A stretch of DNA of 64,000 nt from Auanema rhodensis (Eukaryota; Animalia; Nematoda): assembly GCA_964057225.1 (NCBI GenBank), contig OZ059896.1, positions 7,750,001 to 7,814,000 on the forward strand, read 5' to 3'. The stretch's first letter is position 1. Every line of letters begins with the position of its first letter. Under the pieces are notes generated by a model. The model was not told the origin of the DNA. It did not search any database and was given only the letters and a program-made list of their open reading frames with translations. Made by a program: the position numbers and the translations under genes. Positions 1 to 14,634 of the stretch are shown in pieces.

Positions 1-2019
1 AAATTGAAAACTTTTTCAAATTCCGGAGATTAACCTCATCCACGCAAAGTCTTTTCTTATTTAAAGCTAAATGTGTACTCTCATTTGCCATCTTTTCTCT
101 TTCTTTTATACTTCTATGCTCATTTCTCTCTTTACTTGTTCATTCCATTATTTTTTCTCCTTTAACATTTACTTTCATCTACTTGACGTCCTTTTGTCTG
201 TGCTTATTGTATGTGTCATCATACTTCTATCTTAAGAGATAGCTCGGCGTTCTTATAGATTTTCTTACGTTTAACACGTATTTTCTTTCTAACTTCGTCT
301 AAGAATCTTACCTTGTAGCCACACAGCTATACTCCACGTTTATTCACATCTCTCTCTCTCTTTCTGCCTTCTCTTTATAAGTTTCATATAATTAAAATAT
401 TCGCTATTATCGCTGTTCCTTATTCATATTACCTACTTTTCTTCCAATGAGTCTGTTATTCTTATTCTTATTCATACATATGCTCTAATTAGTTCTTTAC
501 AAGTTTATTTCAATACGCGTTATTCTATATTCAAAAAATATGATTTGGACATTTTTTTTCTTGAACCTCCTCAAATGATTATTATAATATGGCGCATCAA
601 GGATTTTCATAATAAACTATTCATTGAAGCTCCATATGATTTCTTGCCAATTTTAATCCTATAATAGTATTTATAACTTATGTTCTGTTATCAGATTTTT
701 TTTTTGCTTCATTGGAGGAAAATAATGAGAGATAAGATGTTATGACTAGCAGAACATGTAACAGCCACTAATTTAAACTGGAACTAGAAACGTTTTGTTT
801 CTTTTTAGTGATTAGATTAACAGAAAGAAAATAAAAAAAGATAAATGAATGGATAGATGAGACGGGTGCAGAACGGAAAATGATGAGGAAAAAGAGGAAA
901 ATGAATGCAACCGTTCAATCATTTTGATTAGATTAAAATGATTTTGATAAATACGTTGTGAATTATTATATTTTATAAAATTAATATTTTGAAACAATTC
1001 AAACTTACTATATATATTTTTTTTTTTTAATTTATATAATATTTATAGTTATTGAATGAGAGTTGTTTTTAAAATTTAGACTTGCATCCTTTTAAGAATT
1101 CGTTTACCGTAATAGAAAGAAAATCATTATCTTTTCAAACATTTTTTTTGTCATCTTCAATCCTACAAAAGAGGTATACTGTATAATGAAAAAAAAACTA
1201 AGAAATGGCACCATTGAAGGATTTTGAATGAATTACCTTACGGGGATGTATTTATGTGACTGTATGTGTGACTTATTAATCAAATGGATTTTTTTTTAAA
1301 ATTTTAAATTATATCTAGATATATATTTTATTTTAATTCTAATAATCCTCAATTTCCTGTAATAACGGAATACTATGTATCAAAAGTTCAAAGAAATAAC
1401 ATAAGACTTGAGCTGACTTATTAAAGATTAAAAGGTTTGACGTGAAATTAAGAGGACGACACATGGATTTTGCGATTAATAACGACAATCAAAATCGTTC
1501 AATGATTATATTCGTCTTGTTAAACTTTATAATGAATTCTTGTATAAAACGATCTTCTCAAACGTTTTTTTTCTCTTCATCTATCATTAGTCTTCTATGT
1601 TTCTATTGTTTTCATGTTTTTGCTCGCAACAACCTTTCTTTAGAATGCTCTTTGTTAGATAAAAAAGTTCAGAAGACATTCGTCAATGTCTTCTGAAGCT
1701 GTTAGATTCATATTCATTGCTTGACCGCTATTCGTATTACGGTAGCACATTAAGGTGATTGAACTTCCAAACTTGGTCTTCCTTATACTATCGTTTATAT
1801 TTCTATAATATAAGTAAATCAATCAATATATCTATATATTAACATATTTAATTAAAATATAACAACATATTCTTTTGAAAAAGTTGCTCTATTCATCTTT
1901 ATTTTTTCTTAACCTGTTTTTAATATTAAAAATATTAAAGTTTATGCAAAACAATATCATGTTGTTCTGAGTTTTCAATGTATTTTCAATGATTTTTTTT
2001 TCTTCAATCACAATTTATA

Positions 2020-2059
<40 letters not shown>

Positions 2060-2586
2060 TTATTTTTAATTTTGAAATACAAAAGAACAAACACAGTGGA
2101 TTTTTTGAAATGCACATATAAAATTTGATGAGAATCAATGTAAAAGGAAGTTTTTATGCAAATTTTTCGCGTGAATAAACCAATTACGTGAATTATTTGT
2201 AATAAAAGACCGATGGATGATAAGAACGATTGCACGAATTATTAAGTCAGTAACATTATGCTATTTCATATCTTGCTTGGCCCACCTTTTTTTTTTATAA
2301 ACTGGATATGAATATAAATTATTTCCTCATAATTGAAGCATTTAACCGTTTCTGATGTGTTCATCATCAATCTTTTATATATTTATTAGTTAATAACTAT
2401 ATATATATTTCTATTTCAATAGTTGAAATCATATTAGAAATTATTTTTATTTTTTTATTTCCTTTCTAACGTATAAATCATAATTTTTTTTTAAAAGTTC
2501 ACGATAGTTATCCAATTTCCGTTTATACATATAGTGTACAGCGAACAGTTTATTATTAACTATCAACCATATTTCATTTTTAGTCT

Positions 2587-2590
<4 letters not shown>

Positions 2591-2652
<62 letters not shown>
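2591..2652. repeat. (TA)n microsatellite
   Basis: Long perfect TA run; similar runs at about 2024-2052, 23025-23065 and 36370-36404. Confidence 0.95.
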
Positions 2653-2660
<8 letters not shown>

Positions 2661-2940
2661 TACTTAATATATATAGTTTATGAGCTTCAAAAATCATTTT
2701 TTCTCATTTTTGTTTGAACAATTTGTACTTTTTTCTATTTTGAATTAGTCTTCTCATATTCTTATTATCATTAACATGATTATATATTATTTAATTATTT
2801 AATTATTTAATTGCATAATTAATTATTGTTTGTTATTTGAAGTTCATCTTCTCGTTAGCTTATGCCTTGGAAAATTTGCGTAAAACCAGAACCAAGACAA
2901 ACTGAATCAGCCTTGTTCTTATGCAGAGAGAAGGCCTCTG

Positions 2941-5605
2941 ATGTGGTTGCTTGCAGCCGGATCGACATCAGCGGACTTGGTGGAGAGGCGAGCAAACCCG
3001 GATAACGACGTCGTCGTAACGTCGTCGTCATCAACATCGTCGACGGCTTCGTCGTCCGGTAATACCGGTCACGACCAGCCCACAGTTTGTCTGATCTGCG
3101 GAAGGGCCACCAATACGGGTAATCACTATGGGGTCATTGCGTGTCTTGGCTGCAAGACCTTTTTTAGACGGGTAAGAACATCTTTCTAGTTTTACAGCTT
3201 ACAAGATGATTAAGACTGTTAGAATTCAATTTTCGTTATTTGATTAGTATTTTGGTTTTTGAATTTCACCAACTATCAAGCATGAATGAGCAGATCTATA
3301 ATCATAAGATATCATTGAAGTTAAACTCTGTGATTATGATCTATTTCAGGTCGTACTGAAATCAACCACACCACGTTGCAAGCATGATGGGAAGTGTGTA
3401 TTGCGAAAAGGTAACTCATGATTAAATCATTCAAATGAGAAAGCTTACCATAACTTTTTATAAGTTAATTTATACATGTAAAATCTTTTTTTCAGGTCCA
3501 AAGATTCGAAGAATCTGCCGTTCATGCCGTTATGAAAAATGCAAAGAAATTGGAATGAAAGCAGAAGGTAATATCAAATAAATATTTACATATATACCGT
3601 ATACTATATAATATGTATTACGAATCTAATAAATTGTGTTAACATAATTTATTTATAATTATTTATTTAAAAACAATATTATACTTCATTCTTACTTGCA
3701 GCTCTACACCCTTCCCGTGATTTGATTGGACGACGTAATGTTGTTCAGGACGATCCGGACTGGGAAGATAGTCGTGAGCCTTCTACGTCGAGTAGATCGT
3801 CCGGAGGTCCACCTTCGTTCGAACCTAAACGATTACCTAGAAAGCTATCCGAATCATCTGAAAGCGCAATGACTTTTCTAATTCAGCTTCGTGATATTGA
3901 TTGTAGCCTCAGACAAGAAACAGCTGAGCAGTTAAACATATCTCCTGACTCGCCTGATGATTTTTATAGTATTGTAAGTATTAAAATTGTTTATAATTAA
4001 TAGTTTATATTATGATTTACTATGATATTTTGAAAATTATAATTAAAAAATAGAAAACCTATACATATACTATATATAGTATTGGTAGAATAAAGAAGTA
4101 TAAATATCTAATCTTTTAATAATTTAAATTAATTATTTTATCAGATTATATATTATTTATAATTTCAGAGAAATAATAGTTTTTTTTTAAACGATGATCT
4201 CGTCGTTACTCTTAAAATGGATTTAACACGTCTTCGTAGATGGTGTGATCGCGTGCCTTCCTTTCCTACTCTAACATCATCCACTAAGGTATTATATGAA
4301 CTATAAATTTATGTACATTTATACGATATAAAAGTATATATTTTATTAAAAATATATAATATTATAATTATTTATTTTAGAGATATCTAGTTCACCGGTT
4401 TTGCTTAATGCACAGTATTATTGAGCATTCACTCTATACATTGAAATTGCCCTGTGAATTTCGAAATGTTTTTCTTCTACTAGATGGTAGTTGCCTTGTC
4501 GCTAGTTTAGACGATATTCCAGATTTTATAAAAGGTGGTCTGACTAGAAAACACGAAACAGATCATAGGTTAGTTATAGGAAACATTAAAATAAGTACAA
4601 AATCATTTGAATGTTATTTCTTTTCAGAATTCTCATTCCTTTTACTTCACTTTTAATGGAAGAAGTTGTATGTCCACTTCGTTTATTATCACCCTCTCCT
4701 GAAGAAATTGCTGCTTTAAAAACATTGATGTTCTTAAGTAAGTTCTATATAAATATCAAATTAATTATATTTTATTAATTATACTTAACCTATATATGTA
4801 TATTTATATATAATTCTATAAATAGCTATGCAAAGTAAAACTGATTTTTCAGATTAAGTTTCATTTTTCATCTTCCTTTTTCTATTCATATTTCTCAGTT
4901 TATTATATCAATAGTTCAAAAAGTAATAATTGTAAAAATGAGATTGGAAACAGTGTTCGTTTCATTCATGTGCTTGCTTGCTTGCTCATTTATAAAATAA
5001 CTAATGACCAAGTTTTTGAATTAATTTCTTTTACCGTATATAATAATTTCTAATTTTTCATACTGATCACCGTTTATAGTTTAATTATCATTTTTTATGA
5101 TATTAATCAATCTTTGTCACATTATATGCTTAAATAATTCTTTCAGAGCCAACTATATTACATGAATCTGATTCGGAGCCTATATCAACTCCACAGGATC
5201 GAGATATTCAATGGGAAACAAGGAATCGGGTCTTGTATGGCTTACATGCCTTTTATCTTTCTAAGGGTATTCTAGATCTTGAGCAGAGAATGAATTCTCT
5301 CTTTATGATCAGTGGAGGAATTCAGGTATGTGTTGGTTTATAGAAAGATATTTATATAGATGTAAATGTATAATCCATAGTTATAGTTTGAGCTATTTAA
5401 AAAAATAATTTTAATAAAGATTTAAATATTAATGGATTAGTTCAAATCAATTTAATTATTTTAATTTTTTTCTAAATTTTCATAATTTTTAATGTTATAG
5501 ATGTGTGCTAAAGAAGGAATGGAAAATATGCATCTCTATCGTACTTTTAATATTTCTACTTTTGATGAAGATAGCTTAAATCTTATATTTGGTAGTTTGT
5601 CATGA
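2941..5605 (+). CDS. Nematode nuclear hormone receptor (C4 zinc-finger DBD + LBD), about 9 exons
   Basis: Spliced translation gives [28 protein letters not shown]|[16 protein letters not shown]...|..[20 protein letters not shown]|[10 protein letters not shown], then LBD-like exons. Exons about 2941-3171, 3350-3410, 3496-3567, 3702-3973, 4169-4288, 4381-4569, 4627-4737, 5147-5325, 5501-5605 (TGA). P-box CLGCK. Confidence 0.93.
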
Positions 5606-5982
5606 ATCTTCCCTATCACGTCACATGTTATATATTTTTTTAAAAAATTAGATCAATAAGGATTATATGATGAAAATCAAATTGTATTCCTCATTGATCA
5701 TTTGTTGTTTCTTTTAGTTTCATTATTTCTAAATATTTAGAGAGTTAAGCTAATACTTATTTGATGAAGTAAGCAGCAGAAACAAACAATACAAGTAATA
5801 TTATTGTTATATTTATTATTTATGAGTTGTTGATTATTTTTTTTCTTCTTTTTATTCTTCTCCTTCTTCTTCTTTTTTTTATATTATTATTATTATTATT
5901 ATTATTATTTTATATTTCTTTTTCCATTATTTTTTTGCTGTTGATTATTGAAATCTGTTCAAAAATCGAAACAAAAATAGAA

Positions 5983-7487
5983 TCACAAACGAATAGGTGC
6001 CTGTCCGAAACGAACCTCCACCTTCTTGTCTTCTACATCCGGTTCCACTACTGCTGCAGCTGATGCAGTTCGGGTGCTGAAAAATGAAAAAAAGTTCAAA
6101 TTTGTTTATTAATTCTAATGAGAGCTTTCATTTTTTTCTTCTTTTTCATATTTCTTTTTCAACATTGTTTTTTTTTCTGATCACAAATTATGATGTCCAT
6201 TGTTTGTTTTTAGATACATTATTCTATGTATGCTCTTTTCTTATATATTCTAGGGGACTTCCATATATATGCGTTCTAACTAAGCATTACAAATGAGGTC
6301 GAATGTCAGGGAAAAGCCATTAAATTTGTGCTCAATTGATATTGTTCAATGAAAATTTTAAATATTATTTCATCTATTTTGATTGAAAAAAGGCACTCTC
6401 ACATATGCATATACACTTATTGTAAAATTAAATATCGGTTATTGAATATATTTAAAAAAAAAAAAATAATTTACGCTGTGTTTCGACGAGTTCCATCTCC
6501 AACTCTGATTGGAACAGCTATGACATTCTGAAGCACACGACCGGTTGAATCGACAAAGTTCGTCTGTAGAACTGGGTTGACAGCAAAATTAGCTGATGGC
6601 GGAACAACCTATAGAAAGATAAGGGATAATTTTTATTCAGATATCCGATTTTCTAAATCTATTTCAGTATATATTGTACTTACATGAGTTCTCTGAACCT
6701 TCATTCAATTTATAGTCCAAAGTGCATTAGAAAGTAGTGAAAAGCGTGATACTTTCTATTTTTATTTGCAAAAGTTGCTCTGATTACTTGCTCTCGAAAT
6801 AATAATTTTTCCATAGCCCTCAATCTCTGTTTTGCATTTCTATGATTAAAGCTTCGAAAAAAAAAGTTTGGAATGGAAATCAGAAATTAATTGAAGTACT
6901 ATATGAAGAATTATTCAATTCGAGCATAGAAAATTAAATATTCCGAACATAAAAATACCTTTTGTGGAGCTCGTGGTGTAGTATTTTCATTGACTTTAAG
7001 AGAATCTCCAAAAAAGACTTTAGGTTCTTTCTAAATAAAAAAAACAATAATATTATAAGTGAAGTATAATAAATTAACCTTAACATCCTTCTTTTTATTT
7101 TTTTTCGTTAGAATCAAAGGTGATTTTGAAGATTCTTCCTTAAAAACAAAATTCATATTATACAAATGATTCAGATCAGCTTCACTAGTATTTTTGAATC
7201 AACTCAATCCGGGCATTTTACTCATATTTGGAAATTATTTCACTTACACCATTTAAAGCGGCCATCATTCGGGATCTTATACGTAAGTTAGGAGGAATTG
7301 CAGTAAATGTGGTTGTCTATAACAAAACATCGACACTATCTCTATTATTGATATTGAAATTATGAGAGAAAACCTGTGAATTAGGAGAGTCAATATCAAT
7401 TGCTGGCTTTAATCCGACCGGAGGACTAATTGACATGGCAACTGACGCAATTATTGACAGGAAAAAGATTATTTTACAGGATGACAT
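5983..7487 (-). CDS. Secreted protein of unknown function, about 6 exons
   Basis: ATG at 7487 follows a TTTCCAG acceptor. Signal-peptide-like MSSCKIIFFLSIIASVAMS. Exons join in frame: TTTFTAIPPNLRIRSRMMAALNG / KEPKVFFGDSLKVNENTTPRAPQK / VVPPSANFAVNPVLQTNFVDSTGRVLQNVIAVPIRVGDG / TRTASAAAVVEPDVEDKKVEVRFGQAPIRL*. Confidence 0.75.
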
Positions 7488-8486
7488 AATGATAAATTCA
7501 ATCTGGAAATATATGAAACTATACGTATGTGAAATTTTAAATATTATTAATTTGAGAATATATATATTTTTGTAAAATAAAACTATTTCATTTGTATACA
7601 AAAATAACTATATATTTTGAATAATAAAGGAAAACAACAGAAAATATTTTTATTATTTATTTCAAATAATTTGAAAATATGAAAAAAAATTGTTGAAATC
7701 GATTTTTCATGAAATAAGACGAGCTGATCTTCTTGTTGAAAAGCAAGTGGTTGACCCGAATGATGCGAGAAACCGAAGAAAGAGGGCGGTCATCATTACA
7801 GGATGACATAAAGAGATGATGATAAAGAGACGAATATCTTCAATATTAAAGAGAAAGAACAAAAGAGAATATAGAAGAAATAGTTAATAGTAAAGGCTTC
7901 AGAAGAAGAAACGAAAAAGAAAATAGAAATAATGGTCAAGATGATGATGAAGAGGATTGATGATGGTCTAATAGCTAAAGGGAGGACACAGATAGCTTGA
8001 CCTGACATGAAAGGATAGGTGATAATAATGAATAAAGGTATGATTGGTTAATAGTAGATGAGAAGATTAGTTAAAGGAAGTTTAGACGAAAATCAGCTTA
8101 TTCCAAGTATATAACCCATCTGTCAATCCAGAATCTTTATAATTACCGTTTTGGTATTCAATATAATTCCTCAAAATTTAAATATAATTATTCAAATTGT
8201 TATAACAAAACGATTTATTAGATTCACAATGAATATTTCATCATATTGACAAAATATTAATAATATCTTGTATATAGAATCATTTAAAATGTAAAAAAAA
8301 ACTGTATCACATCTGACAAAATAATGATCGGATATCGAGAAAATGATATTGGCGATGATGATGGTGGTATTGATAGTATATATCCAAGGGTCATGACAAT
8401 TTAACAAATTTAACAATCGCCATGTTTCTATTATTAGTTTTAAACTTTCATTATTATTCTACAGCATGTAGTATGCTGGATTCACT

Positions 8487-9235
8487 TCAGTTTATTTGAA
8501 CTGTAGAGGTTGAGACAAGATCATTACCTAAAGTGGGGGTACTTTGATCCTTTTCCAGTTGCTCTCTAAACTGTTTCTGGAAAAAGTAAAACGTAGTATG
8601 AACTATAGAAATCTTCAAGAAAATTGTAGAATATCAACACTCACCAGCTTTGCGAGCAATTCTTCAGTTGGGAAGCAGTACATTAACACAGTGTTTCGTA
8701 GATGAATAGCTCTTGGATAATTGAATGGATCTGATCGACCTTTATGGCTATTTTGAAGATGCGTTTCACGCTGAAATAAATGTAAAATTAGCAAAATTGA
8801 AATTTAATAATTGACCGAGAGTTCTTACCAATTGGAATGTTCGAAACTTTCGTCCACAATACTGACAAGTACGACAAAGGTTTTGGCTATGTTTACGAGC
8901 ATGATGTTCCATAACATCTCTGAAATAAAAAAATAATACTGAAACAACTTATAGGAGTGGGATGAAGAAAGAGTAAAAGATATGATGTGCATAGAGGAAC
9001 AAGTTTGAAGAATGAATCGCTGAATGGGGAACGGAGTATAACAGGAACACTTAATTAAAAATTCTCACTTCTGATTCACAACCACTTTTTGACATAGTCG
9101 ACATTTCACTGCTCTGGCTTGATTCATGTTATCATCAAGTATACCACCTGGAATAAATTAAATTCAGAAAACTACATTTCATATATAACTGAAACCTTTC
9201 TTGTGTATGTGACGGCGTTTTCGTTTGAAAGCCAT
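8487..9235 (-). CDS. Small C2H2 zinc-finger protein
   Basis: Spliced translation MAFKRKRRH (NLS-like)...KCRLCQKVV...MEHHARKH...TCQYCGRKFRTFQL/RETHLQNSH...; two C2H2-like fingers, GT-AG introns, stop at 8487-8489. Confidence 0.78.
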
Positions 9236-12200
9236 TTTTCAGTCAATTTATACGATTGAAATATTTTATCTGTAACTTTAATTTAAACAAAATACATTAT
9301 ACATTTATTAGATAAGTAATGAAAATAATGATTGAGGAGGTTGAGGAAATGCATTGTACGCTTCATTTTTAAAGGATAATCAATGATACCTATGGTAACA
9401 AGAACAAAGAATGATTTCCTTTAAAGTACAAAAGATATTTGATTCAAAATATTATCAATCCTGAAATAGTTAGAAATCAAAACATATACAAAAACTCGAA
9501 ACAAGCTAGAAGTGTTAAACATGTAAAATATAAAATTATATATATACATATATATTAATGAAGATCATGCAATAAGATAATCAAGCTCAATCTTCTTGCC
9601 CAGGCTGGCGTCAAGATCGGCGTAAGACTTATTACCAAATAAGAAATGTGCAACGTACACCAGGCGGCAAAAAGAGGCTAAAGTTGGCAACAGTGTAGGT
9701 TAGCGTACCGTTCCAGAACTAAAAACTAAACAACATAAGTTTAAAGTTTATAGACTGAACTAGAAAATAAGAGGTTACGTTAACAATTCCACATGGTAAT
9801 AAAATAAATAAATAGTACTCATCTTTTATTTTTTATAAAATATTTTCATTTTCATAGCTTCATTTGATATGATATTGGAGGTGATAATGAAATCTCAAGA
9901 GAATAAGTAAGAAAAACGAATGTTAAATGGCATATCGACTGCTTATGAATAGATGATTAAAAAATCTTTTTTACTTTCTCAATAGTAAAAGCCCTATAAT
10001 CTATCACGACATATCTAAAATATCTATGATTATCAGAAAAAATTTAAATCTTACATGGGACACGAAAGGATATGATGCTGAATGACAGCCAAAAATAGAT
10101 TCTAATTGCAAAACTTTCTTTGTGATAGAGAGATTTGATGTTAAAATTGAAGAAAAATGTGAGAGCATAAGACTTTCTGTAAATCGACAGCTTCATGAAC
10201 CAATCGTCGTCATGTAAGGCTTCAACTCTCTTCTACTCTGCTCTGCCGGCCTCAGCAGCTCGTGCTAGCTTTCTCTCAGCATTATCGTCTTCATTCCTTC
10301 GAAAAGATATGCTAGTCAGCAATCGAGTGAACATAGTCTCCACTCATATGGTCATTGGAGCAATTAAATGTAGATTATAATGAGTTTAGTTAACGAAATT
10401 CGATTTGAATGAAAATATTTGATACTTTCACACATAATCTAGAGTTTATAAATAGTCACAATCATGTTAAGATATATTTAAATTAAAGTTAAAATATATT
10501 ATAAAAGCATACAAGTGAGGTAAAGCGGAAGAAATAAAGAAAGAAAGGAGGGAAACAGCAGAAAAGTCGTCAAATCACAAAAGGATTTTCAGTCTCACAT
10601 GCAGATCTAAGATTATAAAGTATTATCAGCGAAAATTGACTAACTAGTATTATCTTCGATTCCCTTGATGAAATAAAATAAAAGATTCTAATACTTATTT
10701 TTATAGAAGCCAAAAAAAGATAAGTATAAGATATAGCTAGCTAGAAGTGAACTGCTACTGCTTCTGGCTATTTGAGAGCATACACAACATATACTCGCAA
10801 CAAGCTTTTCGCAGCGTTATGCGACAAAGCTGGCAAGCTCACTGACTATATACTTGTTTCAGAATTAGAGATCCGACACAGATATTAGAATAATACATTT
10901 ATGGAAACGAAAAAGAGAAATGAGAAAAGTAAGCAAGAGAAAAAGAAAGAAAGAGATAGAGAGAGATAGGAAGTAAGCAAAGAAAAATGGAAAAAATAAA
11001 AGATAATAGTAGATATGTTAGAGAGGAAGCAAAAGGGGCGGATATTCTCATCCACAAAACCCTTGCCTCAGCATACTCGTTGCCAACGCATACAAGTGAT
11101 AATCGGCACAAAATTAGCTGATCAGAGTCTAATGATGATCATTTAAATAGTGAATATGAGAGATGGAACCAAGCGGCTTCCCCATACCATTCAACCATTC
11201 ACATGACACCAAATGCAAAATAGATGATGTGATAGAGCTGAAGGATGAACGGAGCAGAGACTGAATCGTAAGCGAAAATTGAGAGCTTTTTAGAAATAAT
11301 ACCACAAATATATAACAATTATAATATTCTTGATTAATTAAGGGCCATAATTACCGACTAGGAAAGGCGCAACCTGAGCTAAGCTCCATCTGACCGAAGT
11401 CGCACCGGGCTCTTGCCATCCATGTGTCAACCTGGCTCTGCTCCTCCCATCATTTCAAGCTTTCGCTACAGCAGTTCCGGATTGATATGATTGAATAGCT
11501 AATTAGTTCAGACTGATGCAAATAATTAAATAAAAATTCATACAATTCCTCTATAATTCAATGCAATTCTCGATTTTGATTTAGAATTTCTAAAAAAAAA
11601 GCGCAGTTAAAGCTCTATATTATATTCACTTCATTAAATGAATACAAAGAACAAATTAATTGAATAAAAAAAACGGAAAATAAAAAAAAATAAACAAAAA
11701 ATTAAAAACTTAACCTGGGATAATGCTCGTATTTTTAAATTTTTGTATTAAAATCGATAAAATTTTCTTAGCACTAACTAAAGTACTGTAGTTTCATGGG
11801 AACTTCAATACAGAGTATGAAAAGGTTGTTTTCTATTAAACTATTATCGGAACATATATACTATATAGATCAAGTATAAACTACAATTTATATTTAGTCA
11901 TTTATTTTTATTTTTCTTTGATTGTCATAGAATAACAAAGAAGAAAAAGAAAGATGTTCGGTTTAAATAATACTCTAGGGGATTTTCATTTTTTCTTTCA
12001 TATCTTGAGCTACAAATATCTGAAAAATAAATTACTCAATAGAATTCCCATGATTTGTTGTCTCAAGCAATCATTACTGTTCATTTTTATTTTCGAATTT
12101 TGCCAATTTTAAGTTTTTTCTGTAATCTGATTGACCAAGGGGCACAATTTATGGTGTCAATAGCAGTTGCTCCCACAATTAGGCTCAATTTCCAATATGA

Positions 12201-12379
12201 GTACTATGAACATGACCTGACCTCCCTTATAGAAACTTAGCCATTTGATCCAAAAGTACTATTCATATTATCTTCTTGCTTATAATCATGTTGCTTCTTC
12301 ATCTTCTCATGATTTGAACTATTATTACACGAAGTAAACTTGTACAATTCTTCTGAATTTACTTATTCGTTTTAGAAAT

Positions 12380-13293
12380 ATGGGCGCACGCTCTTCTCGC
12401 ATTCGATCATCAGCTTTCTTAGCAACAAGAGACAATGCTGCTTTACCAAATGAGGTAAAATATTTCTTTATTAATTATATAAAATTTTAAATATCTAGGA
12501 TTTCCAGGAATTATATGCTATTCCTGATAAACGAAATCGTAAACCACCTCGGCCACGACTAGTCGATGAGCAGGAAATTAGAAAGGTAATAGCATTTACA
12601 TTGTTCATTTTATATTTTTTCTTATTTATATGTTTATATAATGTTGTGGAATATCATCATATTATTTCAGATTTATCAAACATCTATTCGGGACTTTTTA
12701 ACTCGTTCTCGTCGGGCGAAAGCTCCAAGATTCAATATTAACCATCAGCCACAGATTACTCCAAATAAAAAAGTTGAAGAGTGGCTGAAAAATTCTGAGA
12801 ATATTTTGGCAGAGGTAATCCCATAGATGAGATCTTAATATTATAATAGTCGTTTGTAGCCTCCATCCGCTTTTGAAACACCTGTGGTTATTGCAGCAAA
12901 TGGACATCTGTCTGCTCCAGAATCGGTTAGTTGACTATATCTTATGATTCTCATCTGTTTTCTTGTTCTCTTTGATATTCATATTTGTATCTATTTCCTC
13001 TTTGTTCTAAGAAGGCTTATGGTAACTAAGATTATCTATAGCATACATAATAAGCTTTGTTATCGATTTGTAAAGATTTGTTATTTTAGGTTATTCTTGA
13101 ATTACTTCAACGAGTACGAGCTGAAGTTCAAACTATTCGAGAAACTTCAAGCATGACGAAAAAGGAAGAACTCTTAGAAGGTATGGAAGAAGCAATACTC
13201 TATGACATTTGCTACGTTGAACGACGGATAGAAGAACGCCGAAGTCAACGTCGTAGCATGCGACAACCTAGACTTTTACCCAAAAGTACCTAA
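12380..13293 (+). CDS. Unknown protein with N-terminal MGxxxS motif, 5 exons
   Basis: TTTTAG acceptor just before the ATG. MGARSSRIRSS...NE|DFQELYAIPDKRNRKPPRPRL..|IYQTSIRDFLTRSRR..|PPSAFETP..|VILELLQRVRAEVQ...LLPKST*. All introns are phase-compatible GT-AG. Confidence 0.75.
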
Positions 13294-13690
13294 ATAACAA
13301 TTATTCTTTAAAGCTTTAAAACTTTAAAACTAAAAAAAAACAACATTTTCTTATACATATCAACACATATAAATAGCTTCAAGCAATTCTAACGAAAGCC
13401 TTTAATTTGGCTGATTTTCATATATCTTGTCATTGTTAGTACATTGTTACCATTTCATTGTAAATTATGTTCGTATGTTTATTTGCATGTTTCATCCAGA
13501 TATTTCAATCAAAAAATGCTCAAAATTGTAATTGTTTTAATCATAATATTCTCGTAAGATTTTATTGAAAATCACATAAGGAAAAAAAAGAAGTTAGGTA
13601 GTTAGTTTGCAAGTACGTTGTACAAAGTGATCGTTAAAGCATGTGATCAAATTCTCATTCTATTGTTGATTAAGAATATTTGTATTGTTA

Positions 13691-13981
13691 TGAATCTTTC
13701 CAAGAAAAACAATGTTTATTCAAGCTTTTTCGTCTTTTTTTTTAAACTCTTAATTGAAATTTTCCCATGAAAATCAAAATAGAACAAGTTTTTTCTCAGG
13801 TATGATGATAATGCTTTAAAGTATGTGTTAACACAACTCTATATATATATATATATATATATAGATATAGATAGATATATGTCAAGCTGTACTTAGCTGT
13901 ACTATATATTCTTGAAAAAAAAATCTAAAAAAGTTCAATTAGAAAACAACCTTTGGAAAGATTCAAGGTTTGATCTATCTA
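13691..13981 (+). repeat. Direct repeat A (291 bp), copied at 16732-17021
   Basis: tgaatctttccaagaaaaac...ggtttgatctatcta matches 16732-17021 except for one T-run length; includes a (TA)n/GATATA tract. Confidence 0.95.
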
Positions 13982-13998
13982 TTTTTCCTTAATATCTG

Positions 13999-14634
13999 AG
14001 AGGCCCCTGAAAACCCGTTGAAACTAAAAAAAAAATATTTTTTAATTTTTAAAAATGTTGCGAGTTCATATAGTTTATAATCAGTCAAAATATATGTTAA
14101 TAAAACTGATTTTAATAATTTTATTTCTAAATTTATAAGGAAAATAGTGTTTTTTGATTATTTTGAATAATTCAAATAAAATAATATTAAAATTTGAGAT
14201 TAGGAACATGTTAATTCATTAAAAATATTTTAAAATGATTCTAAGCTTCTAACAGGATTACTAAATAGGTTTTTTTCTGCAGCATAGCTTCAAACAAATA
14301 AGCTTCAGCATCTGAATCTTACTGAATATCTATGATGAGAACTTGGTTAACTTACAACCAAATTCTCCCGTTTAAAAGAAAAATAGACGTTTAGTTTACT
14401 CCTAACATTCTATCCAAAGATTATGTTCGAAGTTTTGATGAAACTTATGAAATTCATTAAAGAAGGCTTGAAGCAGAAGCAGAAAATTTCAAAGACTCCA
14501 GAAAATACTTTTGATTTTTGTGATGAAAACATGGTTTTTTGATTGTTTCAATTTTTTTCTGAATTCATTATCGTTTGTTAACACTTAACATATGTTTTTT
14601 CTGAGTTTTTCTAGTTTGTCTCAAAAGATATAAA
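13999..14634 (+). repeat. Left arm of a 636-bp inverted repeat
   Basis: agaggcccctgaaaacccgttgaaact...ctcaaaagatataaa is the reverse complement of 15630-16265, with only a few substitutions. Confidence 0.95.

Noticed and set aside
11131-11265. Possible C/D snoRNA (ATGATGA...CTGA)
   Set aside because: No terminal stem or recognisable guide; these boxes are common by chance.
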